Shown here piece after piece: positions 1 to 10,185 of a DNA stretch of 64,000 nt. The notes under the pieces were generated by a model. That model worked only from the letters and a program-made list of their open reading frames with translations. It did not search any database and was not told where the DNA came from. Position 1 is the first letter of the stretch. Every line of letters begins with the position of its first letter. Origin of the DNA: Alphaproteobacteria bacterium (GTDB taxonomy: Bacteria; Pseudomonadota; Alphaproteobacteria; Bin95); assembly GCA_965205265.1 (NCBI GenBank), contig CBDBGH010000003.1, forward strand, positions 1,760,001-1,824,000, in the 5' to 3' direction. The position numbers and the translations under genes are program-made.

Positions 1-790
1 CCGCCCGCTCCGTCACGCTCACCACGCCGCGCGCATCCAGCATGTTGAAGGCGTGGCTCGCCAGGATGCACTGGTCATAGGCCGGCAGCGCCAGCCCCGC
101 CTCCACCAGCGCCGCGCATTCGCGCTCGGCGTCGGAGAAATGGCGGAAGAGCACGTCCGTGTCCGCATGCTCGAAATTGTAGGCCGAGAACTCCCGCTCG
201 GCCTGATGGAAGACATCGCCGTAGGAGAGGCCTGCGCCGTTGAAGTCGAGGTCGTACACATTCTCGACCCCCTGCACATACATGGCGAGGCGTTCCAGCC
301 CATAGGTGATCTCGCCCGAGACCGGGTTGCAATCGTAGCCGCCCACCTGCTGGAAATAGGTGAACTGGCTCACCTCCATACCGTCGCACCAGATCTCCCA
401 GCCGAGGCCCCAGGCGCCGAGCGTCGGGCTCTCCCAGTCGTCCTCGACGAGGCGCAGGTCGTGCTCGCGCGAATCGATGCCGATTTCCGCAAGCGAGGCG
501 AAATAAAGGTCCAGTATGTCCGGCGGGCTCGGCTTCAGCAGCACCTGGAACTGGTAGTAGTGCTGGAGCCGGTTGGGGTTCTCGCCATAGCGCCCGTCGG
601 TCGGGCGGCGCGACGGCTGCACATAGGCGGCGCGCCACGGCTCCGGCCCGAGCGAGCGCAAGGTCGTCGCCGGATGGAACGTGCCGGCCCCCACCTGCAT
701 GTCGTAGGGCTGCAGCACGGCGCAACCCTCGCCCGCCCAGAAGCGCTGGAGCGCCAGGATCAGTTCCTGGAAGCTCGGCGCGGCTGTCAT
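1..790 (-). CDS. glyQ: Glycine--tRNA ligase alpha subunit (3' end runs off the window)
   Basis: Manual translation from ATG 790: [83 protein letters not shown]. Absent from the ORF track because the stop lies outside the window. Confidence 0.97.
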   Translation of the reverse strand, partial: MTAAPSFQELILALQRFWAGEGCAVLQPYDMQVGAGTFHPATTLRSLGPEPWRAAYVQPSRRPTDGRYGENPNRLQHYYQFQVLLKPSPPDILDLYFASLAEIGIDSREHDLRLVEDDWESPTLGAWGLGWEIWCDGMEVSQFTYFQQVGGYDCNPVSGEITYGLERLAMYVQGVENVYDLDFNGAGLSYGDVFHQAEREFSAYNFEHADTDVLFRHFSDAERECAALVEAGLALPAYDQCILASHAFNMLDARGVVSVTERA

Positions 791-839
791 GGCGCGGCCG
801 CGGCCCGCCCGCGCCGGTCTGCATCGACGCGCATGCGCA

Positions 840-1028
840 TCAGTCCCGGTCCCGACTCCGGTAGGCCCCGCTTTCCGGGTCGCGTTCGAGGTCGATGGGC
901 TCCCCGTCCTGCTCGTCCCGCACCTTGTTCACGAGCTTGTTGGCCTTGCGGGCCATGCCCTCGATCCGCTTCCAGCCGAAGAACACCAGACCGATGACGG
1001 CGGCGAGAAGCAGCAATTTCCAGAGCAT
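840..1028 (-). CDS. Small membrane-anchored hypothetical protein
   Basis: 62 aa, N-terminal hydrophobic helix, ends [12 protein letters not shown]; RBS-like GAAGGGAGG upstream; lies between the S49 peptidase and glyQ. Confidence 0.7.
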   Translation of the reverse strand: MLWKLLLLAAVIGLVFFGWKRIEGMARKANKLVNKVRDEQDGEPIDLERDPESGAYRSRDRD

Positions 1029-1055
1029 GGGCCGGTCCTCCCTTCGCTGCCCCCT

Positions 1056-1844
1056 TCATAGTCCGTAGCGCGACCAAAGCAACCGTTCCTCCACCGCATC
1101 GGCGAGGCCCGGCAGCGCCGGCAGCAGCGGGAAGCGCCGGCGGCGGCGCAGCGCCACCCGCAGCCGGACCCGCTTGCCGAACCGCTCGCGGACCACCTGG
1201 CGCATCTCGCCCAGGCCGTCGGCGAGGCCAAGCTCGACCGCCTGCCGGCCCGTCCACACCTTGCCGGAAAAGAGGTCGTTCCCCTCTTCCTTCAGGCGCA
1301 CGCCCCGGCGCTCGCGCACCCATTCGATGAAGACGTCGTGGATGTCTTCCTGCATGGCGCGCAGCACCTCGACGTCTTCCGGCCTTTCGGGCCGGAAGGG
1401 GTCCAGCATCCCCTTGCGCTCGCCCAGCGCATGCACCCGGCGCTCGATGCCAAGCCGCGCAATCGCGCCGTCGAAGCCGAACCCGGCGAAGATGACGCCG
1501 ATGGAGCCCAGGATGGACGCCGGATGCACGAAGATTTCCGATCCGGCGCAGGCGAGCCAGTAGCCGCCCGACGCGCCGACATCGTCCACGAAGCTCAGCA
1601 CCGGCACACCCTTCTCCTCGCCGAGCCTGCGGATACGGTCGGCGATCCGGGCGGACTGGACGGCGCTGCCGCCAGGGCTGTTGATCGAGAGCGCAACCGC
1701 CTCCAGCCGCCGGTAGCGGAAGGCGCGCTCGATTCCGGGCGCCACGGCCTCGTAGGTGAGCGCCCGGCCGCTACCCCGGCCCGGCACGCCAATGACGCCC
1801 GCGAGCGGCAGGACGGCGACGGTCGGGCGGCGGCGGAGTTTCAT
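1056..1844 (-). CDS. S49 family peptidase (SohB/SppA-like)
   Basis: INSPGGSAVQS, DVGASGGYWLAC, SILGSIGVI and FSGKVWTG motifs. Confidence 0.92.
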   Translation of the reverse strand: MKLRRRPTVAVLPLAGVIGVPGRGSGRALTYEAVAPGIERAFRYRRLEAVALSINSPGGSAVQSARIADRIRRLGEEKGVPVLSFVDDVGASGGYWLACAGSEIFVHPASILGSIGVIFAGFGFDGAIARLGIERRVHALGERKGMLDPFRPERPEDVEVLRAMQEDIHDVFIEWVRERRGVRLKEEGNDLFSGKVWTGRQAVELGLADGLGEMRQVVRERFGKRVRLRVALRRRRRFPLLPALPGLADAVEERLLWSRYGL

Positions 1845-1845
1845 C

Positions 1846-2538
1846 TCAATCCAAATCGAAGACGTTGAGGGGCTTCAGCTCGTCGTCGAGCTCATAGACG
1901 CGCGGGCGGCCGGTCGCGATCTCGAAGGACGGGATGTCCGCGTCCGAAATGCCCTCGAGATGCTTGATGAGCGCACGGAGCGAGTTGCCGTGCGCGGAGA
2001 TCAGCACCCGCTCGCCGCGCCCGACCCTGGGCGCGATCTCGGCATCCCAGTAAGGCCGCACCCGCTCGATGGTGAGCTTCAGCGTCTCATAGGTCGGCAC
2101 CCCGCCGGGCACCTCCGCATAGCGCCGGTCCGCCGCCTGCTCCCGCCAGCGCGGGTCGGAGCGCTCCAGCGCCGGCGGCGGCGTGTCGAAGCTGCGGCGC
2201 CAGACATGCACCTGCTCCTCGCCGTGAAGCTCGCGCATCTCCTGCTTGTTGAGGCCGGTGAGCCCGCCATAGTGGCGCTCGTTCAGCCGCCAGTCGCGGA
2301 TGACCGGCAGCCACATCCGGTCCATGCGGTCGAGCGCGATCCAGAGCGTGCGCACGGCGCGCTTCAGCACCGAGGTGTAGCAGACATCGAAATCGAAGCC
2401 GCCCGCCTTGAGCGCATCGCCGGCGCGCTCGGCCTCTGCAACCCCCGCTTCGGTCAGGTCCACGTCCACCCAGCCGGTGAACCGGTCCTGGCGGTTCCAC
2501 ACACTCTGGCCGTGGCGGAGCAGGACGAGCGCCGTCAC
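1846..2538 (-). CDS. gpmA: 2,3-bisphosphoglycerate-dependent phosphoglycerate mutase
   Basis: [41 protein letters not shown]. Confidence 0.97.
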   Translation of the reverse strand: MTALVLLRHGQSVWNRQDRFTGWVDVDLTEAGVAEAERAGDALKAGGFDFDVCYTSVLKRAVRTLWIALDRMDRMWLPVIRDWRLNERHYGGLTGLNKQEMRELHGEEQVHVWRRSFDTPPPALERSDPRWREQAADRRYAEVPGGVPTYETLKLTIERVRPYWDAEIAPRVGRGERVLISAHGNSLRALIKHLEGISDADIPSFEIATGRPRVYELDDELKPLNVFDLD

Positions 2539-3563
2539 GGCAGGAGGTCCATGGCCTGTTCGAGCTGGGCGATCCGGGCCTTATGGTCGAGGCGCGAATC
2601 GAAGCGGAGGTTGAGCCCGTCAATGCCGCAGTCCCGGTAGGTCTCGAAGCGGGCGCGCACCATGTCCGGCGTGCCGATGGCACCGAAAGCGGTAATCATC
2701 TCGTCCGGCACGCGCCTCGCCGCCTCCTCGCGTTTGCCTTCGACCCAGAGCCGCTGGATAGCCCGCGCGTCGTCCTCGAAACCGGCCCGGCGGAAGGCGT
2801 CGTTGTAGAAATTGGTGCGCGCGGACCCCATGGCACCCATCTGGAAGGCAATGCCGGGGCGACGCTCCTCGATCATGCGTTCGACATCCTCGCCGATGGC
2901 GACGGTGCAAGCCGTCTCCAGATCGAGGTCCGAGAGCCTGCGCCCGGCCCGGTCGGCCCCCCTGCGTAGATAGTCGAGATGCGCGGCCGGATAGTCCGGC
3001 GAAAAGGAGGTGCCGAGCCAGCCGTCCGCCGCCTCGCCCGTGTATTCCAACGCCCGTGGCCCGAGCGTCGCCAGGTAGATGGGAATCTCCGTTGGCGGAA
3101 AATCCAACCGGAGCGCCTTGCCCTCGCCGCCGGGCCGCGGCAACCGGAACTCGGAGCCCTCGAATTGCAGCTTCTCGCCCGCAAAGGCCATGCGCACGAT
3201 CGCGACCGTCTCCCTGAGCCGCGAGAGCGGGCGCGCATAGGCCGCGCCGTGCAGCCCTTCCACCACCTGCGGGCCGCTGACGCCGAGGCCGAGCGCAAAG
3301 CGACCGCCGGAGAGATGATGCAGCGACAGGGCCGTCATAGCGGTCATGGATGGCGCGCGGGCGCTGATCTGCATGATGCCCGTGCCGAGCCGGATGCGCG
3401 TCGTCCGCCCGGCAAGAAAGGCGAGCGAAGTCACCGCGTCCGCACCCCACGCCTCGGCGGACCATGCCGTGTCCACGCCCAGCCGCTCGGCCTCCTGCAC
3501 GAACTCCGTGAGCTCCACGCCGCCGCTCCGGTCGTAGCCGCCGACGCCGATCGACGCCTTCAT
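2535..3563 (-). CDS. LLM-class (probably F420-dependent) oxidoreductase
   Basis: [40 protein letters not shown], typical of the Rv3520c-like LLM clade. Confidence 0.85.
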   Translation of the reverse strand: MKASIGVGGYDRSGGVELTEFVQEAERLGVDTAWSAEAWGADAVTSLAFLAGRTTRIRLGTGIMQISARAPSMTAMTALSLHHLSGGRFALGLGVSGPQVVEGLHGAAYARPLSRLRETVAIVRMAFAGEKLQFEGSEFRLPRPGGEGKALRLDFPPTEIPIYLATLGPRALEYTGEAADGWLGTSFSPDYPAAHLDYLRRGADRAGRRLSDLDLETACTVAIGEDVERMIEERRPGIAFQMGAMGSARTNFYNDAFRRAGFEDDARAIQRLWVEGKREEAARRVPDEMITAFGAIGTPDMVRARFETYRDCGIDGLNLRFDSRLDHKARIAQLEQAMDLLP

Positions 3564-3591
3564 GCCTGTCCGTCCTCCTACGAGCTTCGGT

Positions 3592-4539
3592 TCAATCCCC
3601 GGCGAGCACCCGGCGATAGACCTCGATGTCGATATTGCCGCCGCTCGCCACCAGGCCGACCGCCTTTCCGGCCATACCCTCGCGCTCCTTCAACAGCGCC
3701 GCCAGGGGTGCTGCGCCCGCGCCCTCGATCACATTGTGGGTGTCGGTGAAATAATGGCGCATGGCTGCCTCGATTTCGTCGTCGTCCACGGTGACGATGC
3801 GCGCGGCGTGCTCCAGAATGATGGCAAGCGCCGCCTCATCCGGCGTGCGGCAGGCCATGCCGTCGGCCATGGTGTCGGCGCTGTTGGTCGAGACCGCCCG
3901 GCCCGCCTCGAAACTCAGCGCATAGCAAGGCGCCTTTTGGGCAACCACGCCGACGATCTCCGTCCTGAGCGCCAGCGTCTCGCGCGCGGCAATCGCCCCG
4001 CAAATGCCGGAGCCGAGCCCGATGGGCACATAGAGCGTGTCGAGATGCGGCGCGGCCCGCAGCAATTCGTAGCTGTAGGTCGCCACCCCGGCCGCGAGCG
4101 CCGGGTGGAAGGACGGCAGGAAATGCAGCCTTTCGTCCTCCGCGAGCGCCAGCGCATGTTCGAGCGCATCCTGGAAGTCGCGCCCATGCACGACGAGGTC
4201 TGCACCGAAGGCGCGCATCGCGGCATTTTTCTCGCGGCTGTTGCCCTCGGGCACGACGACGGTTACGCGCTTGCCCGCCTGCCGGGCGGCATAGGCGACG
4301 GACTGGCCGTGATTGCCCCGCGTCGCCGTCACCATGCCGTCGGCCTCGCACTGGGCCATGTAGGTCAACCCGCCGCGAATCTTGAACGCTCCGATAGGCG
4401 TGTGGTTCTCGTGCTTGACCCAGACCTCGGTGCCGGCGCGCTCGGCGAGCAGGGGCCAGACCCGCTGCGGAGTCGCGGGAAAGGCGCCATAGACCAGCTC
4501 GGCCGCCGCCTCGATTTCCGTCTTTCCAGGCAGTGTCAT
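3592..4539 (-). CDS. Threonine/serine dehydratase family PLP enzyme
   Basis: Start MTLPGKTEI at 4539 overlaps the phzF stop; VKHENHTPIGAFKIRG (PLP lysine), ATRGNHG, PIGLGSG, SGGNID. Confidence 0.92.
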   Translation of the reverse strand: MTLPGKTEIEAAAELVYGAFPATPQRVWPLLAERAGTEVWVKHENHTPIGAFKIRGGLTYMAQCEADGMVTATRGNHGQSVAYAARQAGKRVTVVVPEGNSREKNAAMRAFGADLVVHGRDFQDALEHALALAEDERLHFLPSFHPALAAGVATYSYELLRAAPHLDTLYVPIGLGSGICGAIAARETLALRTEIVGVVAQKAPCYALSFEAGRAVSTNSADTMADGMACRTPDEAALAIILEHAARIVTVDDDEIEAAMRHYFTDTHNVIEGAGAAPLAALLKEREGMAGKAVGLVASGGNIDIEVYRRVLAGD

Positions 4540-5321
4540 GGCAGTTCGATGGTCCCGCTGAGATAGGGCGCCGCGCGCCCGGAAATCACTACCCGGTTCC
4601 CCTGCATGGTGCAGGCGAGCCGCCCGCCGCGCTGCGACACCTGCCGGGCCGTTAGCGCCGTCTTGCCGAGCCGGTCCGCCCAATAGGGAGCCAGGGCACA
4701 ATGCGCCGAACCGGTTACCGGGTCCTCGTCGATCCCCGCGCCTGGCGCGAAGCAGCGCGACACGAAATCCACCTCGCCGCCCGGCGCGGTGGCCGCGGTA
4801 ATCCCGCCGTTCAGCGCCGCGAGCCGCCGGAAGTCCGGCCTGAGCGCCCGGACGGACGGTTCGTCGGGGAAGACCGCCACCCATATGAACGGGGCTTCCA
4901 GAACCGCTTCGGGAGCCGCCCCCAACGCATCCGACAGACCTTCCGGCTCTGCGGCCGCTTCGGGCGGATTGGCCGGAAACTCCATGCTCAGCACGGGCCC
5001 GTTGCGCCAGACGGTCAGCCTGCCGCTGCGCGTCTCGAACTCGACCTTCTGCGTCTCCCGGTGGACATGCTCGAAGACGACATGGGCGGAAGCGAGCGTC
5101 GCATGGCCGCAGAGATCGACCTCGACCCTGGGCGTGAACCAGCGCAGCCGCCACACCAGCCCCTCCGGCACCAGGAAGGCCGTCTCGGAGAGATTGTTCT
5201 CGAACGCGATGGACTGAAGAAGCGAATCCGCCGGCCACTCCTCCAGCAGGCAGACGGCGGCCGGATTGCCGGCGAACGCCCGGTCCGCAAAGGCGTCCAC
5301 CTGGTAGAGCGGTATTCTCAT
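4536..5321 (-). CDS. PhzF family epimerase/isomerase
   Basis: QVDAFADRAFAGNPAAV, NLSETAF, EVDLCGHATLA, EDPVTGSAHC. Confidence 0.95.
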   Translation of the reverse strand: MRIPLYQVDAFADRAFAGNPAAVCLLEEWPADSLLQSIAFENNLSETAFLVPEGLVWRLRWFTPRVEVDLCGHATLASAHVVFEHVHRETQKVEFETRSGRLTVWRNGPVLSMEFPANPPEAAAEPEGLSDALGAAPEAVLEAPFIWVAVFPDEPSVRALRPDFRRLAALNGGITAATAPGGEVDFVSRCFAPGAGIDEDPVTGSAHCALAPYWADRLGKTALTARQVSQRGGRLACTMQGNRVVISGRAAPYLSGTIELP

Positions 5322-5375
5322 GGGGCCGCGACCATAGCAGCGGCACGCCGAAAATCCAGCAGTCCGCAGCCCGCC

Positions 5376-5948
5376 TCAGGGCCAGAGCGCGTCCAGGGAA
5401 AAGGCTATGGCCTCGAAGGGCGGGAAGGAAACCGGCTCGTCGTTCCTGGCCGACCCGGAGGGCGCGCACCCGCCGTCCTCCAGCGCAAACGCCTCCAGCG
5501 TCCTTGCCAGCGGATCGACAAGCCACATATGGCCTACCCCCTCCCGCGCATAGGCCGGGCGCTTCTCCTCAAGGTCGAATTTCCGCGTCGAGGGGGAGTG
5601 GATCTCGCACACCCAGTCCGGCGCCAGCGCAAAATAAGCCGTGTCGGGAAGCCCGGGCATCCGGTCCCGCCGCCAGCCGGCAAGGTCCGGCACAAGGACA
5701 TCGCCTCCGAGATGGAGTTCCGGCTCGTCGATGATCCACCAGCCGCCCGGCCCGCCCCGGCCCTTCTGGAACGGGCCGACAAGCTCATCGCCGAGCGACG
5801 AATAGGCCACCGCATGGAGGGGAGCCGGCCTCGGCTGCAAGTGCAGCGCGCCGTCAACGATCTCCGCCACCATATGCGGGGGCGCGTCGAGCACATCCTG
5901 GTATGTCGCCCGTCGAGCCGTTCGGCGCAATACTGCGCTTGCGCTCAT
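5376..5948 (-). CDS. Uma2 (DUF820) family PD-(D/E)XK endonuclease, copy 1
   Basis: AEIVDG, GPGGWWIIDEPEL, LVPDLAGW, APDWVCEIHSPST, KRPAYAREGVGHMWLVDP. Confidence 0.93.
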   Translation of the reverse strand: MSASAVLRRTARRATYQDVLDAPPHMVAEIVDGALHLQPRPAPLHAVAYSSLGDELVGPFQKGRGGPGGWWIIDEPELHLGGDVLVPDLAGWRRDRMPGLPDTAYFALAPDWVCEIHSPSTRKFDLEEKRPAYAREGVGHMWLVDPLARTLEAFALEDGGCAPSGSARNDEPVSFPPFEAIAFSLDALWP

Positions 5949-5972
5949 GCCGTACTCCCCGCTTTCCCCGCT

Positions 5973-6001
5973 ATGCTACGCTCGCCCGGTCTCCCTGTCA
6001 C
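5973..6001 (-). promoter_or_regulatory. Putative sigma70 promoter of Uma2 copy 1
   Basis: Minus strand GTGACA-N17-TAGCAT; the same layout precedes Uma2 copy 2. Confidence 0.55.
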
Positions 6002-6007
6002 CGCCGG

Positions 6008-6796
6008 TCAGGACCCCGCGAAGCGCACACGGACAAGCCCGAGCGGTCCGAAATCGGAGACCGCCAGCGTGTCCGGGCCGGGCACGGGCAGCACGCCCGT
6101 GCAGGAGCCCGTGGTCACGAACTGCCCGGCGGTCATGCCGAGCCCGAGCCCGGAGAGATGGTTCGCGAGCCAGCGCACCGCTTCGACCGGATGGCCCATC
6201 ATCGCCCGGCCCGTACCGCGTCCTGCCTCCACGCCGTTGAAGGTGAGGCTCACCTCCTGGTCCACGCAGTCGATGCCGCGCCAGTCCTCGAACTCGTAGG
6301 CGACGATGTAGCGCCCGGTGCCGCCATGATCGGCGATGGTGCCGAGCGGACCGAGCGGCTGGTCGTCCGCAAGCCGGCGCTCGGGAAGCTCGATGCCCGC
6401 AATCAGCGAACCGATGGCCGCCTCGACCTCCTCCCGGCTGTAGGGTTCGGCGCGCGCCGGCAGGTTGGCGGAGAGGCGGAAGCCGTATTCGCTCTCATAG
6501 ATCGGCCCCAAAAGATCGGCGAGCCGGTATTCGATCTCCGCCCCCTGATCGACCATGCCCTCGCAGATATGCCCGGCGAACGGTCCGGACAGGCCCATCG
6601 CCTGCTGCGCGGCGGTCGCGGTCGCGCCGATCTTCCAACCGACGATCTTGCGGTCCTCCATCGCATGGAGCGCCTGCCATACGGCCTTGGCCTCATCCTC
6701 GTCGCGCGGTGCGCAGTTCTCGGGAATCGCCGGCTCGCGCCGTCCCGCCAGACGCGCCTCGCGCAGGAACGCTGCGGCCGTTTTCGCTCTCGACAT
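6008..6796 (-). CDS. 2-keto-4-pentenoate hydratase-like (FAH superfamily)
   Basis: Start MSRAKTAAA at 6796 coupled to the EF-G stop; VGWKIGAT, YESEYGF, GHPVEAVRWLAN, VTTGSCTG. Confidence 0.88.
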   Translation of the reverse strand: MSRAKTAAAFLREARLAGRREPAIPENCAPRDEDEAKAVWQALHAMEDRKIVGWKIGATATAAQQAMGLSGPFAGHICEGMVDQGAEIEYRLADLLGPIYESEYGFRLSANLPARAEPYSREEVEAAIGSLIAGIELPERRLADDQPLGPLGTIADHGGTGRYIVAYEFEDWRGIDCVDQEVSLTFNGVEAGRGTGRAMMGHPVEAVRWLANHLSGLGLGMTAGQFVTTGSCTGVLPVPGPDTLAVSDFGPLGLVRVRFAGS

Positions 6797-8808
6797 CAAT
6801 GCGCCTCCGCCTGCTTGCGCGCCTCGACGATGTCGTCGGCAAGCTTTCCGGACAGTTCCTGGAGATGGTCGAATTCCCAGTCGAACGTGCCCACGCCAAG
6901 CGTCAGCGAGCGCAGTTCGATGATCATGTCGGACATTTCCGATTGCGGCAGGAAGGCGTCCACCCGGTCCCATCCGGCCCAGCCTTCGCGGGCGTCGAAG
7001 CCCAGGATCTGGCCGCGCCGGCCCGCCAGCAGCCGCTGGATATTCGCCGTGTAGTCGGACGGGATATGCACCTGCACCTTCAAGATCGGCTCCAGCAGGA
7101 TCGGGCTGCAATTCGGCAGCCCCTCGCTCATGGCGAGCCGTCCGGCGGTCTTGAACGCCTGCTCGGAACTGTCCACGGGATGGTGCTTGCCGTCCTTCAG
7201 CGTCACCACGAGGTCCACAACCGGGAAGCCCAGCGGCCCCCGTGCCAGGAACTCGCGCACGCCCGTCTCGACAGCCGGGATGAACTGGCGCGGCACCGAG
7301 CCGCCGACCACCTTCTCCTCGAAGGCGAAGCCCTCGCCCCGCGGCAGCGGCGCGATATCGACCACCACATCGCCGAACTGCCCGTGGCCGCCGGACTGGC
7401 GCTTGAAGCGCGAATGCTGCTCCGTCCCCTTGCGGATGGTCTCGCGATAGGGCGTCTGCGGGCGCTCGGTCTCCACGGCGATGTTGTATTTGCTCTGGAG
7501 CCGCGCGACGCCGACCTGGAGATGCTGGTCCCCCTGGCCCCAGAGCAGCAGTTGATGCGTCTCCGGATTGGGCTCTATGCGGTAGGAGCTGTCCTCCTCG
7601 GCCAGCCGCTGAAGGGCGCCGGAAAGCTTCACTTCGTCGCTGCGCTTCTCGGCATGGAGCGCAATGGCGTAGATCGCGCTGAGCTGCCCCGGCCAGGCGT
7701 CCGGCTTTTCCGCACCGCCGGCGGTCAGCATCTGTCCTGTCTCGAAGGCGTCGAGACGCCCGATGGCGACGACATCGCCGGCCTCGGCGGCGCTCACCTT
7801 GGTCAGGTTGGCGCCGTGCATGCTGGCCAGATTGCCGAGGCGCTCGCCGCCCAGGCTGTCGCCCTCGTTGAGCGTACCGGAGAGAACGCGGGCAAGATTC
7901 TGCTTGCCCTGATGCTGCGCATGGTAGGTCTTGAAGATCTGAACCGCCGTGCCCTCGCCGGCTTCGAACCGGGCGGCGGCGCGCGAGACGTCCGGCGTAT
8001 CGTGGCGCAACGCCTTGAGCAGACGGACTATGCCGTGGTCCCGCTCCGCCGCGCCCAGCATCACCGGCACGATATGGCCTTCCGCCAGCGCGGCCTTGAA
8101 ATAAGCGTAGATCTCGTCGCGCGCGGGAATGGCCTCTTCCAACAGCGCCTCGAGCAGCGTGTCATCGAAGTCCGCCAGCGCCTCCATGAGTTCCTGGCGC
8201 GCAAGCTCCGTGTCGTCCCCCACCGACTCCGGAACCTTGATGAGGTCCGAGGGCCCGCCTTCGTTGTAGCTGTAGGCGCGCTCGCTGATGAGATCGACGT
8301 AGCCCGACACGGCTTCGCCTTCGACCACAGGAATATGGCGTACCACGAGAGGCTTGCCTGAGACCCCCTGCAGGGCCTCCATGGTTTCCGCCAGGCCCTG
8401 GGCCACGGTGTCGATCTTGTTGATGAAGATGATGTGCGGAATGTTGCGCGCATCGAGGAAGCGCAGGATCGGCGCCAGCATGATGGCGCGCGCCGGGTCC
8501 GGCTCGCAGACCACCACCGCGATGTCCGCGACCACGGCGCCGTGCATCGCCTCCTGCAGGAACTCGACCGAGCCGGGGCAGTCCAGCACCGTCCAGTCGT
8601 CGCCCAGATAGTTGAAGCGCGCCGGCAGGATCTCCGTGCTCATGTTGCGGTCGCGCGACTCCGGCGAGGCGTCGCCGACCGTGTTGCCGTCCCTGACGCT
8701 GCCCTTGCGCGTCAATGCCCCGGCGGCGTGCAGCATGGCCTCCATCAGGCTCGTCTTGCCGCTGAGATAGGGGCCCACAAGGGCCACGCAGCGCGCGTTC
8801 GTGCTCAT
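6796..8808 (-). CDS. Elongation factor G-like protein (EF-G2 paralogue)
   Basis: Start MSTNARC; GPYLSGKT, DCPG, NKID, GQGDQHL, PYRETI, KRQSGGHGQFGDV, DSSEQAFK, LLEPI, LRSLTLGVGTF. Confidence 0.93.
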   Translation of the reverse strand: MSTNARCVALVGPYLSGKTSLMEAMLHAAGALTRKGSVRDGNTVGDASPESRDRNMSTEILPARFNYLGDDWTVLDCPGSVEFLQEAMHGAVVADIAVVVCEPDPARAIMLAPILRFLDARNIPHIIFINKIDTVAQGLAETMEALQGVSGKPLVVRHIPVVEGEAVSGYVDLISERAYSYNEGGPSDLIKVPESVGDDTELARQELMEALADFDDTLLEALLEEAIPARDEIYAYFKAALAEGHIVPVMLGAAERDHGIVRLLKALRHDTPDVSRAAARFEAGEGTAVQIFKTYHAQHQGKQNLARVLSGTLNEGDSLGGERLGNLASMHGANLTKVSAAEAGDVVAIGRLDAFETGQMLTAGGAEKPDAWPGQLSAIYAIALHAEKRSDEVKLSGALQRLAEEDSSYRIEPNPETHQLLLWGQGDQHLQVGVARLQSKYNIAVETERPQTPYRETIRKGTEQHSRFKRQSGGHGQFGDVVVDIAPLPRGEGFAFEEKVVGGSVPRQFIPAVETGVREFLARGPLGFPVVDLVVTLKDGKHHPVDSSEQAFKTAGRLAMSEGLPNCSPILLEPILKVQVHIPSDYTANIQRLLAGRRGQILGFDAREGWAGWDRVDAFLPQSEMSDMIIELRSLTLGVGTFDWEFDHLQELSGKLADDIVEARKQAEAH

Positions 8809-8959
8809 CGTCCCTCCCCACTTCCGGCCGTCCCGTCGGCCGGCGCCCAATGTTTCCATGCAGTGGCACGCTCGGCAACGAAAAAGGCGTCGCGCGTTCC
8901 TTGACTGCCTCCCGGCGGCGGGCAAGATGCGGCGCCACGCAAAGGAAGGAAGCGGCATC

Positions 8960-9646
8960 ATGACCTATGCGGTTCCGGCTCCGGCCCGGACGGTCCTGCC
9001 GGTCAGGGGATCGGAAGCGGTGTTTCCCGTCGGGCGGATCTTCTGCGTCGGGCGCAACTACGCCGAGCATACGCGCGAGATGGGCCACGACCCGGACCGC
9101 GAGCCGCCCTTCTTCTTCATGAAGCCCGCAACCTCCATCGTCGCGGGCGGCGGCGACATGCCCTACCCGCCCGGCACGGCGGACCTGCACCACGAGATGG
9201 AACTGGTCGCCGCCATCGGGACCGGCGGGCGGGACATTGCCGAAGGGGACGCGCTCGGCCACGTCTTCGGCTACGCCGCCGGCCTCGACATGACGCGCCG
9301 CGACCTGCAGGGCGTCGCCAAGCAGCTCGGCCGGCCCTGGGAGGTCGGCAAGGCGTTCGACCATGCCGCGCCCTGTTCGCCCGTGGTCATGGCAAGCGAA
9401 ATCGGCCACCCGGAGACGGGCGCCGTGCGTCTGCATGTCAATGGCGAGCTCCGGCAGGACGGCGACATCTCGGAGATGATCTGGAGCCTGCCGGAAGTGA
9501 TCGCGCACATCTCGGCGCTGTTTGCGCTCATGCCGGGCGACCTCATCATGACCGGCACCCCCGCCGGCGTCGCCGCCGTCTCCCCCGGCGACCGCCTCAA
9601 GGGCGAGGTCGAGGGCGTCGGGCGGATCGAAGTGAAGGTGGTATGA
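8960..9646 (+). CDS. Fumarylacetoacetate hydrolase family protein (fumarylpyruvate/acylpyruvate hydrolase-like)
   Basis: IFCVGRNYAEH, PFFFMKP, HHEMEL, GLDMTRRDLQ, GKAFD, GDLIMTGTPAGV. Confidence 0.93.
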   Translation: MTYAVPAPARTVLPVRGSEAVFPVGRIFCVGRNYAEHTREMGHDPDREPPFFFMKPATSIVAGGGDMPYPPGTADLHHEMELVAAIGTGGRDIAEGDALGHVFGYAAGLDMTRRDLQGVAKQLGRPWEVGKAFDHAAPCSPVVMASEIGHPETGAVRLHVNGELRQDGDISEMIWSLPEVIAHISALFALMPGDLIMTGTPAGVAAVSPGDRLKGEVEGVGRIEVKVV

Positions 9647-9650
9647 GAGG

Positions 9651-10007
9651 ATGGATTCCGCGAAACGAACCGTCACTTTGACCGTCGTCCCCAGGGACGA
9701 GCTTGCCGCGCGGATGGACGCGGTGCTGGCGGGCCGGCGGACCGAGCCCCGAATCGCCTTCGCGTCCATCGATCTGCTCCACAGGATTTGCGCGCCGAAG
9801 CGCCTGGCGATCCTGCGCATGATGGCCGGTGAAGGGCCCCTGCCCGTGCGCGAGGTCGCGCGGCGGGTGGGACGCGATGTGAAGGCCGTCCACCGGGACA
9901 TGGCCGCGCTTGTCAATGCCGGGCTTCTCGACCGCGGCGAGGGCGGCCGCATGAGCTTCCCCTATGACGGCGTCCGTATGGAAGTGGACCTGATGCGCGC
10001 TGCCTGA
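9651..10007 (+). CDS. Small winged-HTH DNA-binding protein (HVO_A0114-like predicted regulator/antitoxin)
   Basis: IAFASIDLL..ICAPKRLAIL..PLPVREVARRVGRDVKAVHRDMAAL..FPYD. Confidence 0.8.
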   Translation: MDSAKRTVTLTVVPRDELAARMDAVLAGRRTEPRIAFASIDLLHRICAPKRLAILRMMAGEGPLPVREVARRVGRDVKAVHRDMAALVNAGLLDRGEGGRMSFPYDGVRMEVDLMRAA

Positions 10008-10185
10008 CGGGGGCAGCTTCCTGCGGCCTGGAACCGGGGCAGTAAAGAGGGGCTTGCAAAGCTTCGCATCCGGGCTAACCTTGCACTGGGTTCCGCGGGG
10101 AAGCTATTGCAGCGGAGCCGGAACGACGCGAATGAGAGCCGCTGGCCTCGCGTTGTTCGTCACCGCCTCTAGATACAGAGAGCAC

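Noticed and set aside
6796-8808. EF-G-like gene with a non-canonical P-loop as a novelty
   Set aside because: Divergent EF-G2 paralogues with these motifs are widespread.
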